Shown: one piece after another, positions 61,790-64,000 of the stretch
How positions within the stretch are numbered: the first letter of the stretch is position 1
Layout of the letters: the number at the start of each line of letters is the position of its first letter
Assembly (NCBI RefSeq): GCF_011386835.1
Contig: NC_088795.1
Span: 15,872,001 to 15,936,000 of the forward strand
Direction: 5' to 3'
DNA from: Chrysemys picta bellii
Taxonomy: Eukaryota
Length of the DNA: 64,000 nucleotides
Program-made: the position numbers and the translations under genes
Notes under the pieces: model-generated
What the model saw: the letters and a program-made list of their open reading frames with translations, nothing else
What the model was told of the DNA's origin: nothing
Database searches by the model: none

Positions 61790-61965
61790 AGGATTCTCTG
61801 CACCTTGAGGTCTTTAAACCACGATTTGAGGACTTCAATACCTCAGACATAGGTCAGGGGTTTGTTACAGGAGTGGGTGGGTGAGATTTTGTGGCCTGTG
61901 TTGTGCAGGAGGTCAGACTAGATGATCATAATGGTCCCTTCTGACCTTAAAGTCTATGAGTCTCT
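61790..61965 (+). mobile_element. CR1 LINE 3' end
   Basis: ggtcagactagatgatcataatggtcccttctgaccttaaagtctatgagtc is the canonical CR1 terminus. Confidence 0.85.
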
Positions 61966-62504
61966 AAAGAGATCTTAATGTAAATGACAATCCGCCTTCT
62001 TGTGTAGTACCTTATGCCAGGCCTGAATGAATGGAAAACGCCACCATGCTGATCTGGAAGAATTTTATATCCACTTTGTACTGGTGTAAAGGACTACACA
62101 AGGTGCAAGGCGACTGAGAATTGGGGTGTCTGTGGACCAGGTATGTACATTGGCACATAGTTGAAGTATAGAATGACAATAGGAATTTTGCAGCTGGTTT
62201 CAATAGAGCAGAATTAGGCCCCAAGACTTTAGGGTCCTTAAATATTGGTCACTTTATAAGTCACATGGCATCATGTAAACATCTGGCACTAAATAAAAAG
62301 AACATGAGAATTTAGGAGTCCCTGGAAAGTTCATTTGCTCTGTGCTGTAGCATACCTTATCATTCAGAACAGTTACCGCAACTCTGGAGGTGCTACAAAC
62401 TCATTGGAGATATAATTCCCTTGATCTGACGTGACTCTCTTCATGAAATTCACAGGCACTTCAGGTCTAAATGCCATCTGAGCCATCATCATTATTATTA
62501 TTAA

Positions 62505-62690
62505 TGATATGCCTAGAGATCCCCAGACAAAATCCACTCTCCACTATGCTAGGCACTATACAAACACATAGTACGAAATTGTCCTTGCCCGAAAAGCTTA
62601 AAATCGAGACAGACAACGGGTGGGATGGGAAGTGATTTTTGCAGGGTCACGACAGAGCTTGCAGTGGAATTCAGGTCTCCTAATTGCTAG
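62505..62690. mobile_element. MIR-like SINE fragments
   Basis: atgctaggcactatacaaacacatagt...gtccttgcccgaaaagctta, then gtgatttttgcagggtcac...caggtctcct. Confidence 0.55.
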
Positions 62691-64000
62691 GTCAATGGCT
62701 TATCTACACTAGACCATGCTGCTACTTGCATGGAATCAGACCTCTAAAGAGACCATCTGATTTCAAAGGAGTGAAATGTCATCCTAAAGAAAGAGAGGGT
62801 TTTTGCTGTATAAATAAAAATGTCAGCAAGCAAACCATTTTGCCATTGAAAAGAAACTGTAACTGTGAGATGGAGAATAGCACTTGTGGTAGAAGTGTAG
62901 TGCTTTCTGTTTTGCAGAGAGGAAGGCAAGATTACAATATTGTAAAGAGGATCAGAGAAGCCAGTCTTGCAACTGACAGCAGATTTAGCCAAATCTAGCT
63001 CTTAGTCCTAGAGTTAGTAAAGGAGTGCAAAATACAGCTTTGCTAATTGAATACTGAATAATTTGTGCTGTTCATTAGGATGATTGCTTCCCTTGCCATG
63101 GGATGCCACACAAGTTTTGAAGACCGTTAAATATATATATGCATACAGAGATTTTCTTTTTCAAAGGTTCCCTGAGAGCAAGGGCTTCTGAAGGGTGGAA
63201 GCTCCCAGAGAAACAGGAATGTAAATCCTTAACAGCAGGCTGCAAGACCACTTTGTTGAAATCAAGAGGATCTGGCAGACTTCATCATTAGTGGCCACCT
63301 GCAAACTATTAGCTAAATCAAGCTACAAGCCAAATCCTGAAATGATGACTTAGGGACTGAGTCAGGCAAAACTCCCACAGACTTCAGAGGGAGGACTCTA
63401 AGACTTGATCCAAAGTGTGTGAAGATTTGTGTGCATAAGTATGTAGGTTTATGTCTCTCTAGCAGGAACTACACCTGGCTTGGAAGTCAGCACACCTCAG
63501 AGTGGGCAGATGGGATAGAGAGCAGCTGGTTAGCCACCCATCCCAAAACTTGAAGGGTTATCTTGATCAAGCAGGATGTGGAAGGTAATTTAAATGTACC
63601 CCAAATTACAAAGAGCTGGCGTACCACCAGTTTGTGGTGGTCCATGGCAATGTGATGACTTTTTTGTCACAAGGTTGTTTTGCCAACTGAAGACTCGGTG
63701 AGTTTGTCCTGCAAGACAAACAGCTAAAGCAGAATAGTCAGAGCAGGCTCTCCGTGGATAAAATGCCCTTCCTGCTGTGGATTTTGCAGAAGCAGAAGCT
63801 CATAAAGTCTGGAACAAGCTGTTTTTAAACCTACATCTACAAGCTGGCTGTTAGTGGTCCGCTCCTGAGCGATCACCCTGCCATTCTTATCAGCACAGAT
63901 TTTCCCCCCCTGGCATGATGAACATAAAACTCCGCCTGAGCACAGAGCACTGAGGAGGACGACTTCCAAAGCAGAAACAAAAACATTCAAAACCACCAAC

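Noticed and set aside
63810-64000. Open + frame at the window end (TYIYKLAVSGPLLSDHPAILISTDFPPWHDEHKTPP...)
   Set aside because: It has no start codon or splice acceptor, I recognise no homology, and it is truncated by the window edge.
31000-64000. Exons of the expected syntenic neighbour BMP2K
   Set aside because: I did not recognise any kinase-domain or BMP2K N-terminal sequence, so the gene probably lies beyond the window.

Overview
Vertebrate genomic DNA, most likely from a turtle (inferred from the tortoise-type tRNA/CR1 SINE and the turtle-like CR1, Penelope, Harbinger and hAT repeats). The only supportable host gene is annexin A3 (ANXA3) on the + strand. Eleven coding exons (8726-30698, equivalent to human exons 3-13) splice at GT-AG sites into one 957-nt frame (318 aa plus stop) with four annexin repeats. 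The ATG exon was not found and probably lies upstream of the window. No further host exons were recognised after about 31 kb. The rest is dense with mobile elements: TcMar/Tigger, hAT and PIF/Harbinger MITEs (many with intact TIRs and TSDs), two RTE LINEs, CR1, L2, MIR-like SINEs, Penelope fragments, a solo LTR and a fossil hAT-Tip100 transposase. There is also a 131-N gap. The most notable observations are: (1) an RTE LINE with a TSD-bounded 5' inversion matching the twin-priming architecture; (2) an inverted Tigger pair flanking four ANXA3 exons that total 327 nt in symmetric phase (circRNA candidate with a stop-free frame); (3) two ~99% identical multi-hairpin Harbinger MITEs bracketing the last exon; (4) Penelope hammerhead-like and hairpin relics; (5) a T-shaped palindrome at 59.3 kb. 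Exon and TSD coordinates were counted by hand. Repeat family names come from recalled consensus features, not database searches. I did not find a convincing wholly new biological system.
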